Assembly: GCA_049509455.1 (NCBI GenBank)
Contig: JBEKZX010000018.1
Span: 1-27,196, forward strand
Length of the DNA stretch: 27,196 nt
Origin: Conexivisphaerales archaeon
GTDB lineage: Archaea > Thermoproteota > Nitrososphaeria > Conexivisphaerales > DTJL01
Direction: 5' to 3'
Shown here: positions 1-8,448 of the stretch, piece after piece
Position numbering within the stretch: position 1 is the first letter of the stretch
How the letters are laid out: each line of letters starts with the position of its first letter
The notes under the pieces: model-generated
Told to the model about the DNA's origin: nothing
The model's database searches: none
The model's input: only the letters and a program-made list of their open reading frames with translations
Translations under genes and position numbers: made by a program

Positions 1-229
1 ACTTTTGTTCAACTACGCTGGAGGAATTCACCAATCTGCCTCAAATCACATGATTCCCATATCCAAATGCAATAAGGTTAAGAGATGCATCATTATTATG
101 ATACTATCGGCATGGTTCACCTTCCGCAAGAGGTTGGTGAAGGCTCCCCGTGGAGGATTTTCGCGGAGGGCAAAGTCGGTAGGGGGACGGCGTTGACAAT
201 TTCGCTTCCGCTGGTGAGGGGGCCGTAGA

Positions 230-3200
230 TTGGCGAAGTCGGACGACCTCTCTAGGACGCAGAGATGGCTGGTCAGGAAGCAGGCCCCCATCAGGCTGAC
301 CGCGCTGGCCTCCGTCGTTGGGCTCCTGGCCATCGTCATCTGGGACCTCTACACGACGATGGTGACCGGGGGGACGGCGGCGACCTTCCAAGGAGAGGTC
401 CTGGGCGACCTGCCATTCCTGGTCCTCTTTCTGGTCATCCTGTACTACATCCTCTCCCGCTACTCGAACGCCCTTGAGAAGGCCCAGGTGAACACCCGCT
501 ACCAGGCTTCGCTCGTCGACAATGTCGCCGATGTCATCATAGCGACGGACCTGAACTTCACCATCACCTCTTGGAACAAGGGGGCCGAGAAGTTGTATGG
601 CTGGACCACTGAGGAGGCCCTCGGGAAGAACGTCATCGACTTCCTGAAGACGCAGTTCCACTCTGGCCCCAAGGAGGACGTCATAGCCCGGCTTTCAAAG
701 GAAAGGTCGGTCAGGGGTGAGGTCTCGCAGGTCTGCAAAGATGGGAGGACCATCGAAGTCAAGGGCTCGATTTCCGCCCTGGTGGACGTCGAGGGCACGC
801 GGATCGGTTACGTCAACATCGGCGTCGACATCACGGAGACCAGGCGTGCCGAAGAGGCTCTTAGGGAGAGCGAGGAGAAGTTCCGCTCGATATTCGAGTC
901 TTCGGGCGTGGGGATAGGCATCGCCACCCCCGACGGGCACATCATCCAAGCCAATCCGACCCTCCTCTCCATGCTAGGCCTCTCCGAGACGGAGATTCAC
1001 GAGACAAGGATTCACGAGTACATCCACCCGGACGACCTGGAGCGAGTGATGGCGACGAGGGAGAAGATGCTAGCCACCGGATCCCTGGATTACCAGTCCG
1101 AGGAGAGGTTCGGCCACAAGGGCGGCCGCTACCGGTGGCTGGCCCGGACGGAGTCGTCGGTCAGGGGCACAGACGGGAGACCCCTTTACACGGTGGCCAT
1201 CCTTGCGGACATAACATCTCGCAAGGAGGCCGAGGAGGCACTCCACCTCAGCGAGCATGAGTACCTCCTACTCTTCACCAACATGCCGGACGGTTTCGCC
1301 TACCTTAGCATGGTCCTCGACGAAGGGGGGAAGCCCGTGGATTGCGTCTTCTTAAAGGTCAACGGGGAGTTCGAGAAGTTGACAGGGCTGAAGGCCGCCG
1401 ACGTCGTCGGCCGGAGGGTCACGGAAGCGATACCCGGGATATTAGAGGACAAGTTTGACTGGATCGGGGCATTCGGGAAGGTAGCCTTGGAGGGAAAAAG
1501 CATCGCCTTCGAGGAGTTCTCCGAGGCTCTGCATAGATGGTACTCGGTCTCCGCCTACTCCCCAAAGAAGGGCTACTTCTGCGCCGTCTTCAGCGACGTC
1601 ACTGAAAGGATGAAGGCCGCGGTGGCCATTAGGGACCTGGCGAAGTTCCCCTCCGAGAATCCAAGCCCCGTCCTGAGGCTCGACGGCGACGGCGTGGTCA
1701 TCTACGCCAACGCTCCCGGACAGAGTATGTTGGCGAGCCTTGGGTGTAAGGTGGGAGCTCCGGCTCCGCAGGGCATCAGGGAGAGGGTCAGGGAGGCAAT
1801 GGAAGCGAACTCCGTGAGGAGGGACGAAGTGGAGGCGGGCGGGGTCCCCTTCGATCTCTCGTTCTCACCCATGGTCGGGAGCGGCTACTGCAACGTTTAC
1901 GGTGTGGACATGGCGGTGCGGAAGAAAGCTGAGGCCGCACTGCGCGAGAGCGAGGAGAAGTTCCGCTCGATGTTCGACTCGTCGGGCGTGGGGATGGGCC
2001 TTGCCGCCCCCGACGGGCGCATCATAGAAGCCAACCCGGCCTTCCTCTCCATGGTGGGCTACTCCGAGGCGGAGATCTATGGGACCAGGATACAGGAGTA
2101 CCTCCACCCCGACGACGTAGGACGTGTGATAGCGGCGAGGGAGAAGATGCTGGCCAGCGGACTGACGAGCTTCCGGGGCGAGGCGAGGTTCCGCCACAAG
2201 GACGGCCATTACGTCTGGTTATCTCAGACGACGACGCCCGACAGAGATGCGAATGGGAGACTTCTGTACACAATCGCCGTCCTTGAGGACATAACCTCTC
2301 GCAAGGAGGCCCAGGAGGCCCTCAGGGAGAGCGAGGAGAAGTTCAGGAAGGCCTTCGTCGTAGGCCCCGACGCCTTCTGCGTCTTGGAGGAGGGCCGCCT
2401 ACTGGAAGTCAACGACAGGTTCGTGGCGATGTTCGGCTACTCAAGGGAGGAGGCGGTGGGGATGTCCTCGGATCAGCTGGGCCTCTACGATGACCCGTCC
2501 GGCCGGGAGAGGGTGTTGTCAGAGCTGAAGACGAAGGGGGTCGTCAGGAACATGGAGTTGAATGGGAGGCGGAGGAACGGCGAGGTCTTCCCTGGCCTCT
2601 TATCCGCGTCCCTCCTGCAGGCGGAGGGCAGGAATCTAATATTGGGCACAATCAGAGACATCACCGAGCTGAAGAGGGCGGCGGAGGAGTTGAAGGTGTA
2701 CAGCACACGGCTGGAGGAGCTCGTGCAGGAAAGGACGGCCGAGCTGGAGGAGACCCACAGGGCGCTCCTCGAGTCGGAGAGGCTGGCGGCCATAGGCAGG
2801 GTCTCGACCCAGCTGGCCCATGACCTCAGGAATCCGCTCGCCGGGATCAAGACCGAGGCCTACATCCTCGGCGAGCTGCTTCCCAAGTCGCTCGACCCCA
2901 GGGCTAAGGACACCCTGCGGCTTCTATCGGGCTCTGCGGACCATGCGGGGAAGGTCATCGAGGACCTCCTGGAATACACGCGCAACTTGGAACCGCCCAA
3001 ACAGCAGCTGGAACTTGGCGCCTTCATCGCGGGTGCGGCGACAGCATATCCCATCCCGAAGGGTATCAGGCTGGTGGTCAGGAAGGCTCCCAAGGTATAC
3101 GTCCTGGCGGAGCACAGTCAGCTGGCGAAGGTTGTCAATGGGTTGCTAGAGAACGCAGTGGACGCCATGCCCCACGGAGGGAAGCTCACCATCTCCTTCG

Positions 3201-3484
3201 AACTTAAAGGCGGCTCCGTCTCATTCTCCGTTGCGGACACTGGTGCGGGCATCAGCAAGCCAGACCTTCTGAAGGTCTTCCAGCCCTTCTACACTACAAA
3301 GGCGAAGGGCCTGGGCCTAGGCCTGCCCATCGCCAGGAAGATAGCGGAGGCGCACGGCGGCTCCCTCGAATTGAAGAGCAAACAGGGAGCAGGTACGAAG
3401 GTGACGGTGACACTCCCCATCGCTTCGGAGACGCCGGATAGAGCACAAACCCCACAGGCCAAGTTGATGACAAACCGGCCCTGA
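230..3484 (+). CDS. Membrane-anchored multi-PAS (about six PAS/PAC) sensor histidine kinase
   Basis: Two N-terminal hydrophobic helices; repeated PAS/PAC units (e.g. IIATDLNFTITSWNKGAEKLYGW...DITETRRAEEALRESEEKFR); H-box AHDLRNPL, N-box ENAVDAM, G1 DTGAGI, F-box FQPFYTTK, G2 GLGLGL. TTG start preceded by GAGGGG. Confidence 0.95.
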   Translation: MAKSDDLSRTQRWLVRKQAPIRLTALASVVGLLAIVIWDLYTTMVTGGTAATFQGEVLGDLPFLVLFLVILYYILSRYSNALEKAQVNTRYQASLVDNVADVIIATDLNFTITSWNKGAEKLYGWTTEEALGKNVIDFLKTQFHSGPKEDVIARLSKERSVRGEVSQVCKDGRTIEVKGSISALVDVEGTRIGYVNIGVDITETRRAEEALRESEEKFRSIFESSGVGIGIATPDGHIIQANPTLLSMLGLSETEIHETRIHEYIHPDDLERVMATREKMLATGSLDYQSEERFGHKGGRYRWLARTESSVRGTDGRPLYTVAILADITSRKEAEEALHLSEHEYLLLFTNMPDGFAYLSMVLDEGGKPVDCVFLKVNGEFEKLTGLKAADVVGRRVTEAIPGILEDKFDWIGAFGKVALEGKSIAFEEFSEALHRWYSVSAYSPKKGYFCAVFSDVTERMKAAVAIRDLAKFPSENPSPVLRLDGDGVVIYANAPGQSMLASLGCKVGAPAPQGIRERVREAMEANSVRRDEVEAGGVPFDLSFSPMVGSGYCNVYGVDMAVRKKAEAALRESEEKFRSMFDSSGVGMGLAAPDGRIIEANPAFLSMVGYSEAEIYGTRIQEYLHPDDVGRVIAAREKMLASGLTSFRGEARFRHKDGHYVWLSQTTTPDRDANGRLLYTIAVLEDITSRKEAQEALRESEEKFRKAFVVGPDAFCVLEEGRLLEVNDRFVAMFGYSREEAVGMSSDQLGLYDDPSGRERVLSELKTKGVVRNMELNGRRRNGEVFPGLLSASLLQAEGRNLILGTIRDITELKRAAEELKVYSTRLEELVQERTAELEETHRALLESERLAAIGRVSTQLAHDLRNPLAGIKTEAYILGELLPKSLDPRAKDTLRLLSGSADHAGKVIEDLLEYTRNLEPPKQQLELGAFIAGAATAYPIPKGIRLVVRKAPKVYVLAEHSQLAKVVNGLLENAVDAMPHGGKLTISFELKGGSVSFSVADTGAGISKPDLLKVFQPFYTTKAKGLGLGLPIARKIAEAHGGSLELKSKQGAGTKVTVTLPIASETPDRAQTPQAKLMTNRP
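866..2323 (+). repeat. Intragenic duplication of one PAS/PAC unit (866-1243 vs 1946-2323, offset 1080 nt)
   Basis: Colinear DNA similarity; 901-960 vs 1981-2040 match at 50/60 nt. The junction gagagcgaggagaagttc recurs at 866, 1946 and 2327. Confidence 0.9.
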
Positions 3485-3533
3485 AGTTGGAAATGAATTT
3501 CCGTGCACCACCTTCAAGCCCGCCGGCCGAGCT

Positions 3534-3755
3534 CTCCTTCAATTAACCTATTGTCTTCAATAACACAAAGATGATTAAGCGATAGCCGTCATCGCCAGAA
3601 TGATAACAACGCCATCTTTCCTGTTGGACGTCTTGATTTCGGATATCTATCGCTGCTGGAAGGAATTACGATGTCACGAGACCTTTTGGTGTTAATTGAG
3701 AGCAGGTTGAGTTCCAGTAATCTGTCGCCTTGTGGTCAGGCATCGAAGTATATCT
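3534..3755 (+). repeat. Most complete copy of the modular intergenic repeat (modules T-B1-B2-B3-C)
   Basis: T 3534-3574, B1 3570-3598, B2 3596-3632, B3 3637-3661, C 3691-3753. Each module has at least one other copy in the window. Confidence 0.9.
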
Positions 3756-3934
3756 GTAAGTCCGACTTAGAAACGAGTACTAGTAAATCCGGACCCTCGG
3801 GGATTGCATTTGGTGGTCGTACTTGCGTGGGAATTCATGTTGTCACCAAAAGTGTCGGTCGGTTAAGGCCAAGCCAATCATGATCGTCTTGGACACCTGT
3901 TTCTGCTGAATGAGAGCCAATATCACCGACTTGA

Positions 3935-3994
3935 CTGACGATGACGACTCTATCGCTTAATCATCCTTAAGCTATTGAATACAACTGAATAATT
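3935..3994 (-). repeat. Inverted copy of modules B1+T
   Basis: The reverse complement of 3935-3965 (gatgattaagcgatagagtcgtcatcgtcag) matches 3570-3598, with the first 16 nt identical. 3961-3994 matches the reverse complement of T at 25/34. Confidence 0.85.
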
Positions 3995-3999
3995 CAGTT
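3983..3999. promoter_or_regulatory. Perfect 8-bp inverted repeat AACTGAAT-A-ATTCAGTT (operator- or terminator-like)
   Basis: Seen directly, 12 nt past the stop codon of the minus-strand pilin-like gene; function unknown. Confidence 0.35.
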
Positions 4000-4010
4000 A
4001 CAGAGGCAAC

Positions 4011-4394
4011 TCACGGCCAGACTGACCGGTACGGGTAGCTGTTCCCTGCCGCCGTCACTACTGCGACTTCATAGCTCTGTCCCGAACTGACGTTTAAGAT
4101 TGAACTCTCAATTAGCAGCTCTCGCTGAGTTCCTGACGCCAACAGGAAAGCGCCAGCTGAAGTACTGTTGAAATCCCCTTCGGCGGTGATACTGCTCATC
4201 GGCAGCGACACGTCAAACAAGACCTGAGTGACGGTCGCTGAAACAGGGCTGTTGTTGAATATGTAGATGATGAGGGTGCTGTTGGAGGCGTCTGTCGATG
4301 CGGCGAGAACGAGTTTCTCCGTGTGTGGACCGGGTATGACGAGACCAGACCCGAAGGATGCTTGAAGTCCGAAGAAGGCCACCAGCCCGACCAA
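4011..4394 (-). CDS. Archaeal pilin/archaellin-like small secreted protein, 5' end probably damaged
   Basis: The in-frame upstream sequence reads SSGKTG-YIAIAIFLVGLVAFFGLQ (class III signal-peptide-like). The domain is beta-rich and ends in YEVAVVTAAGNSY, typical of archaeal pilin-like proteins. No ATG/GTG/TTG precedes the signal. Confidence 0.6.
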   Translation of the reverse strand: MVGLVAFFGLQASFGSGLVIPGPHTEKLVLAASTDASNSTLIIYIFNNSPVSATVTQVLFDVSLPMSSITAEGDFNSTSAGAFLLASGTQRELLIESSILNVSSGQSYEVAVVTAAGNSYPYRSVWP

Positions 4395-4465
4395 GAAGAT
4401 GGCTATCGCAATGTACCCTGTCTTACCTGAACTGTCTTGGGTCGTGTAGTAGACTGAGGTATTGC

Positions 4466-4588
4466 CAAGATATGAATGTTGAGCTGATAATCGACCGAGC
4501 TTTGTTTCAGGGACGTGGGCTTGGACCTGCGAATGTGCCTGGCTCGTTCATCTTTGTGTCGTTGAAAACAATAGGTTAATTGAAGGAG
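4466..4588 (+). repeat. Modules E (4466-4486), D (4511-4547) and inverted T (4548-4588)
   Basis: E matches 25161-25182 (19/22, one-base offset at the 5' end). D ggacgtgggcttggacctgcgaatg recurs at 5590, 6296 and 12268. T matches at 38/41. Confidence 0.9.
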
Positions 4589-4783
4589 GATAGGTCAGCC
4601 TGCGGGCCCGGCGGGACCTGCCATTCACAACTGGGTCCTTGGCCTCATCTCGGCTATTCATTCGAGCCCCGGAATGCGGGTGCTCCAATGCGCGTCAGGA
4701 AGACGGGACCTCAGAGGAAGGCGCCGCATCGATGGTCAGGCGGCCGATATGTTTGCATCTCACAGCGGGGAACCGACGATGGG

Positions 4784-4789
4784 TTTAAG
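4784..4789 (+). promoter_or_regulatory. Archaeal TATA box (TTTAAG) for the cNMP-binding gene
   Basis: About 25 nt upstream of ATG 4814, which fits a leaderless archaeal transcript. Confidence 0.55.
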
Positions 4790-4813
4790 TTTCCACTTCA
4801 AAGACCTCACTTG

Positions 4814-5242
4814 ATGAAAGAAGGCGTAGGACAGCCGGACTTTGCCAGCGCCCTGGCCTCGGTTTCCCTTTTCTCCGGCCTCGGGAAGAAGGAGCTGCAG
4901 AAGGCGGCGGAGTTGGGCCAAGATCTGTCCTTCCAGGCGGGCCAGACGATAGTCAAGGAGGGAGAGCTCGGAATCGGGTTCTACGTGATACTCTCGGGGA
5001 AGGCGGAAGTCAGGAGGAGGGGCAAGGTGATGACGGCTCTAGGGAAGGGCGACTTCTTCGGCGAAATGGCGGTGTTGGGCAACCAGCCGAGGTCGGCCGA
5101 CGTCGTCGCCGTCGAGCCTACACGCTGCGCCGGTTACATCGCCCGGTCGTTCGGAGCTCTCATACACATAAGGCCCGAAATCCCCGCCGCCATCCTGGTC
5201 GAGCTAGTCAAACGCAGCGCTGCCAACGCGTCGTCAAAGTAG
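4814..5242 (+). CDS. Stand-alone cyclic-nucleotide-binding domain protein (no HTH)
   Basis: SLFSGL...IVKEGELGIGFYVILSGKAEV...LGKGDFFGEMAVLGNQPRSADVVA is a complete CAP/cNMP fold with its phosphate-binding cassette. Start moved from 4580 to ATG 4814 on the TATA position. Confidence 0.9.
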   Translation: MKEGVGQPDFASALASVSLFSGLGKKELQKAAELGQDLSFQAGQTIVKEGELGIGFYVILSGKAEVRRRGKVMTALGKGDFFGEMAVLGNQPRSADVVAVEPTRCAGYIARSFGALIHIRPEIPAAILVELVKRSAANASSK

Positions 5243-5534
5243 GGCAGCGGTCGCCGTGATCCACGGATATGCTGGTCTCTCCGGGTCCCATGGGATTTCG
5301 GCACATCGGAGAATCATCTAGTCGCGTCTAGACCAGATTGGCAACGAGGCAAGACCTTAGCCTAGGGTTCGACACGTGCATGAGCGTATCTCCTAAGAAC
5401 ACGAAGCCGAAAGACTCACGAGGACGATCAGCGGGACATCCGTCAGTCGCTAGCCGAAGGAGAAGAGAGGCGAATTGAGCCCAAGGGACAATCCAGTGCT
5501 TGGAGACGATACCTCTTCCGGCATCCCATCTTGT

Positions 5535-5654
5535 TTTTGGATATCTATCGCTGCTGGAAAAGAAATCAATATCATCAACCACCCGCCTTGGACGTAGGCT
5601 TGGATCGGCGAAATGGGCTGACTGGGTCATCTTTGTGTCATTGAAATCAATATG
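5535..5654 (+). repeat. Modules B3 (5535-5559), D (5590-5626) and partial inverted T (5627-5654)
   Basis: ggatatctatcgctgctggaa (5539-5559) is identical to 3641-3661; partial T matches at 24/28. Confidence 0.9.
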
Positions 5655-5877
5655 CAGAGGGAACGTGGGATGTACCCCATACGTCGCTATGCTTCGATTA
5701 GGATGTTGCTCTTTTGGGCTCGCGTCTGACTTTGCTGTGCAGGTAAACACATCCCACAGACATCCCACTGCTACAGAGCTACAAGCGGTCTAACATCATG
5801 AGAGTTCAATGATTGGTCTCATTCGCCATAGGCTTATATACTGAGAGAATCGACGCGGAATGAGGAAGGACTTCTAA

Positions 5878-6090
5878 TTGACAGAACCGGTAAAGGCTGC
5901 CGACAACCGCAACATGCATGCCATCATTCTGACTGTGTTAGGAATAATCCTATTGATCGCTGGACTGGCGATCATAACTATTCGTGGCGCCCCTTTTCGC
6001 GGCTCGGGACTGGGGACCCTCGCAACTCTGGCAGGTATCGTGCTACTGGCCTTCGCCTTTCTCAGGTTTAGGCAAAAGCCCCGGAAATAA
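5878..6090 (+). CDS. Small two-helix membrane protein, hypothetical
   Basis: Two hydrophobic segments and a basic C-terminus; TATA-like CTTATATA at about 5833-5840. The start could instead be ATG MHAII. Confidence 0.7.
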   Translation: MTEPVKAADNRNMHAIILTVLGIILLIAGLAIITIRGAPFRGSGLGTLATLAGIVLLAFAFLRFRQKPRK

Positions 6091-6295
6091 GCCTCCTTTC
6101 ACGGACTCGTCCATTTCCCTTTTTCTCTGAGCGTCCCTTACGTTCTGTAATCGCATCGCCCGAATCTGAACGAGGGTTTGCTCTTCTCAACTCTTGCAGT
6201 TCTTGAGTGGTGAACTTCCGATGTCATCTCTTATCGCTCCTTTCGAACAGTCATCTTATTTGATGGTAACGACAGGCAGAAGCGGGTTGTTGCCT

Positions 6296-6412
6296 GGACG
6301 TAGGCTTGGACCTGCGAATGGGCTGACTTCGTTCATCGTTGTGTTATTGGAAACGATAGGTTAACTGAGAGAGAACGAAGCCGACCAGCATCCACGGTAT
6401 TTTTGGATATCT
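6296..6412 (+). repeat. Modules D (6296-6332), inverted T (6333-6373) and B3 core (6401-6412)
   Basis: T matches at 34/41; taggcttggacctgcgaatgggc (6301-6323) is identical to 12268-12290; ttttggatatct core present. Confidence 0.9.
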
Positions 6413-6593
6413 GTTCTACTAGGACGCCAAGCCGACATATCATTTTGCCATATTTTTGTGGTTTCAATCAAGCCTTCGATTTGCCATTAAGCATTTCATC
6501 ATTTCCGACTTCGTTCATGAACACCCTCAGAACTCAGGCGCACGCCCAAGGCGGGCTACTTAAAAGCGGCTCCAGCCCACTATCCGACCGGTC

Positions 6594-8246
6594 TTGGCCG
6601 GGCAGAACCGTCCAGCCGCCATCGAGGGAAGAAACGCGCGCCCAAAGGAAATCCTGCTTGTGGCAGGCTTGCTTGCTAGCATTCTGACCTTCTTCAGCCT
6701 CTTCTCGATGTTCTACCTCAGCCAGACAATCGATGACATGCTGGATGTCACGCTGATGGATGAATTTCCTCGACTCCTCTCCACCGGGTTCGTGACCAAT
6801 GCGTGGTTCTATCCAGTCTCGGTGCAAATCAAGGATGGGTTTGACCTGAATTTCCTTCCCAGTCTGATTGGGAACGTCGTCAACTTTTTCGTCGCGGACT
6901 GGGTACTCACGCAGAGAATCGTCGCAGTGCTGCTGGTCTTCGGCACGGCTCTGTCGATGTACTACTTCCTTCGTCGTGTTGGCACCGAACCTTTCGGGGC
7001 GCTGGTCGGCGCAGTCGCCTATGGCTTCAGTGACCAATTCATCATGCGAATGCCTTCACATCTCTCTCTTCTAAGCGGCTTCGTCTTTCCGCTACTGATG
7101 CTCGCCTTGTATGAGAATAGGAAATACCTCGCAGGACTCATGCTGGGGCTCGCATACTGGTCAAGCCCCTTCTTCGGAATCATGGCACTGATGCTCTTGG
7201 CGCTGTATCTGGCGCGGGAGGTCTGGCGCAGCCGCGGAGTGAGTCGCGCACTGCTCTCCAAGTACGTAGTCGCCGGCCTCATCTTCGCTGTCATGGCCGG
7301 CCCGCTCATTCCCTTCGGCATGCCTGCTCAGTGGAGCTCCACGACCAACACGTTGCAGAGCCTTCTCTGGAGAAACCAGTACGCCTACTTCTTTCCTGGC
7401 AATCCAGTGCAGCTGTGGGAGCAGACGCCGTCGTACCTCGGACTCTCAACCGTCGTGCTGGCCGTCGTTTCCATCCTTCGCCGTCGGAGCCCCCTAAGCG
7501 TGTTCATGATCGTGTGCGGTGCAGTCTTTGCAGTCATTTCGCTCTTGCCGCCCGTGGCCTGGCCCTTCACCAGCCTTCGGGAGGTGACCCGATTCTCCAC
7601 CCTGACCACCTTTTCGTTGGCCTTCGTGGCTGGGCAGGTCTTCTCTTCCGCACCCAAGCTGCGAGTGCCGACCAAGGCCTTGATCGCCGCCATCGTGCTC
7701 GCCGTCATCATCGCAGACAACCTCGTTGCGGCACCGGCGTGGTATTTCACCCCGCAATCGGCAGGCTACCAATGGAATGACCCAGGCTTCGCCCTCATCG
7801 CCAAAGACCACGCAGGGATCGCCGAAGTAGACTTGCCGATCCTGCCCTCCACCGCGGGTCTCGTGTACTATCAGTACTACGGGGTGCTCACAGGAAAGGA
7901 TGTCGTGGACGGTGAGACCTCGGGGCTCACGCAAGTTGCCGCCTCGGACCACTTCGTCGAGGAACAGCACTTCCTAAGTCGGTTTTTCATTCCCTACATT
8001 CCCAACGTCACCAACAAGTGGCTCCTGTCCTACAATACAAGCGCATTTGCGACTCCTACACAGGCCGCGGACCTGACTCAGCTACGACAGATGGGCATCG
8101 ATTACCTCATCCTGCACACGAAGCTGTACGGGGACATCCAGGGGTCAGACGCGGCCCGCACGTATCTCGACGGCCTGGTATCGAGAGGATGGCTGAGCCT
8201 TATGTATAGCGATGCTGAAGTCGTAATCTATCAAATCGTAGTCTAG
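6594..8246 (+). CDS. Polytopic membrane protein, GT-C (YfhO/PMT-like) glycosyltransferase-like
   Basis: About 11-12 hydrophobic segments, an acidic loop after TM1 (TIDDMLDVTLMDE), AYGFS and PSYLG motifs, and a soluble C-terminal domain ending LRQMGIDYLILH...VVIYQI. TTAAAA at 6560-6565. Confidence 0.7.
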   Translation: MAGQNRPAAIEGRNARPKEILLVAGLLASILTFFSLFSMFYLSQTIDDMLDVTLMDEFPRLLSTGFVTNAWFYPVSVQIKDGFDLNFLPSLIGNVVNFFVADWVLTQRIVAVLLVFGTALSMYYFLRRVGTEPFGALVGAVAYGFSDQFIMRMPSHLSLLSGFVFPLLMLALYENRKYLAGLMLGLAYWSSPFFGIMALMLLALYLAREVWRSRGVSRALLSKYVVAGLIFAVMAGPLIPFGMPAQWSSTTNTLQSLLWRNQYAYFFPGNPVQLWEQTPSYLGLSTVVLAVVSILRRRSPLSVFMIVCGAVFAVISLLPPVAWPFTSLREVTRFSTLTTFSLAFVAGQVFSSAPKLRVPTKALIAAIVLAVIIADNLVAAPAWYFTPQSAGYQWNDPGFALIAKDHAGIAEVDLPILPSTAGLVYYQYYGVLTGKDVVDGETSGLTQVAASDHFVEEQHFLSRFFIPYIPNVTNKWLLSYNTSAFATPTQAADLTQLRQMGIDYLILHTKLYGDIQGSDAARTYLDGLVSRGWLSLMYSDAEVVIYQIVV

Positions 8247-8296
8247 CAGCCATTGGGGCGTGCAGAGGACCTGGGGCTCCCCAAGGTCTATGGAAC

Positions 8297-8380
8297 GATT
8301 AAGCGAGAGTCGTCAGAGTCAGAATGATAACAACGCCATCTTTCCTGTTGGACGTCATAATTTTGGATATCTCGTGCTGC
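8297..8380 (+). repeat. Modules B1-B2-B3
   Basis: 8320-8356 is identical over 37 nt to 3596-3632 (cagaatgataacaacgccatctttcctgttggacgtc), flanked by B1- and B3-like sequence in the same order. Confidence 0.95.
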
Positions 8381-8448
8381 AAGATAACCTTTAGTCCGAT
8401 CTTGACTTTGCAATGTCAATCTTGATACCGTCGATTCCTGACGACCGA

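Larger units (their letters stand above)
3534..4588. mobile_element. Putative non-autonomous element or cassette bounded by 41-bp inverted repeats, carrying a pilin-like gene
   Basis: 3534-3574 is the reverse complement of 4548-4588 at 38/41 nt. No transposase and no target-site duplication seen, so mobility is only inferred. Confidence 0.4.

Noticed and set aside
1-229. ORFs 5-196 and 46-339
   Set aside because: No recognisable protein features; most likely the kinase's upstream region.
3637-3661. B3 core TTTTGGATATCT as an archaeal XerA dif half-site
   Set aside because: It resembles one arm of Thermococcales dif, but no copy has the inverted second arm after a 6-bp spacer.
3671-3883. Short ORFs over the repeat modules (3671-3883, 5328-5768, 5500-5793, 25253-25735, 26178-26522) sharing peptides such as FGYLSLLE or SSSDRYPK
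   Set aside because: The shared peptides simply follow from DNA repeats; homologous copies contain stops and indels and show no synonymous bias.
4580-4813. N-terminal extension of the cNMP ORF
   Set aside because: It starts inside the T repeat, has no protein-like character, and a TATA box sits just before ATG 4814.
3534-8380. CRISPR array interpretation of the recurring repeats
   Set aside because: Copies are degenerate, in both orientations, and separated by 0.4-2 kb containing whole genes rather than 30-45-nt spacers; no cas genes.
8402-8419. Near-perfect palindrome TTGAC-TTTGCAAT-GTCAA
   Set aside because: Single copy between convergent genes; at most a terminator, with no support for a specific role.
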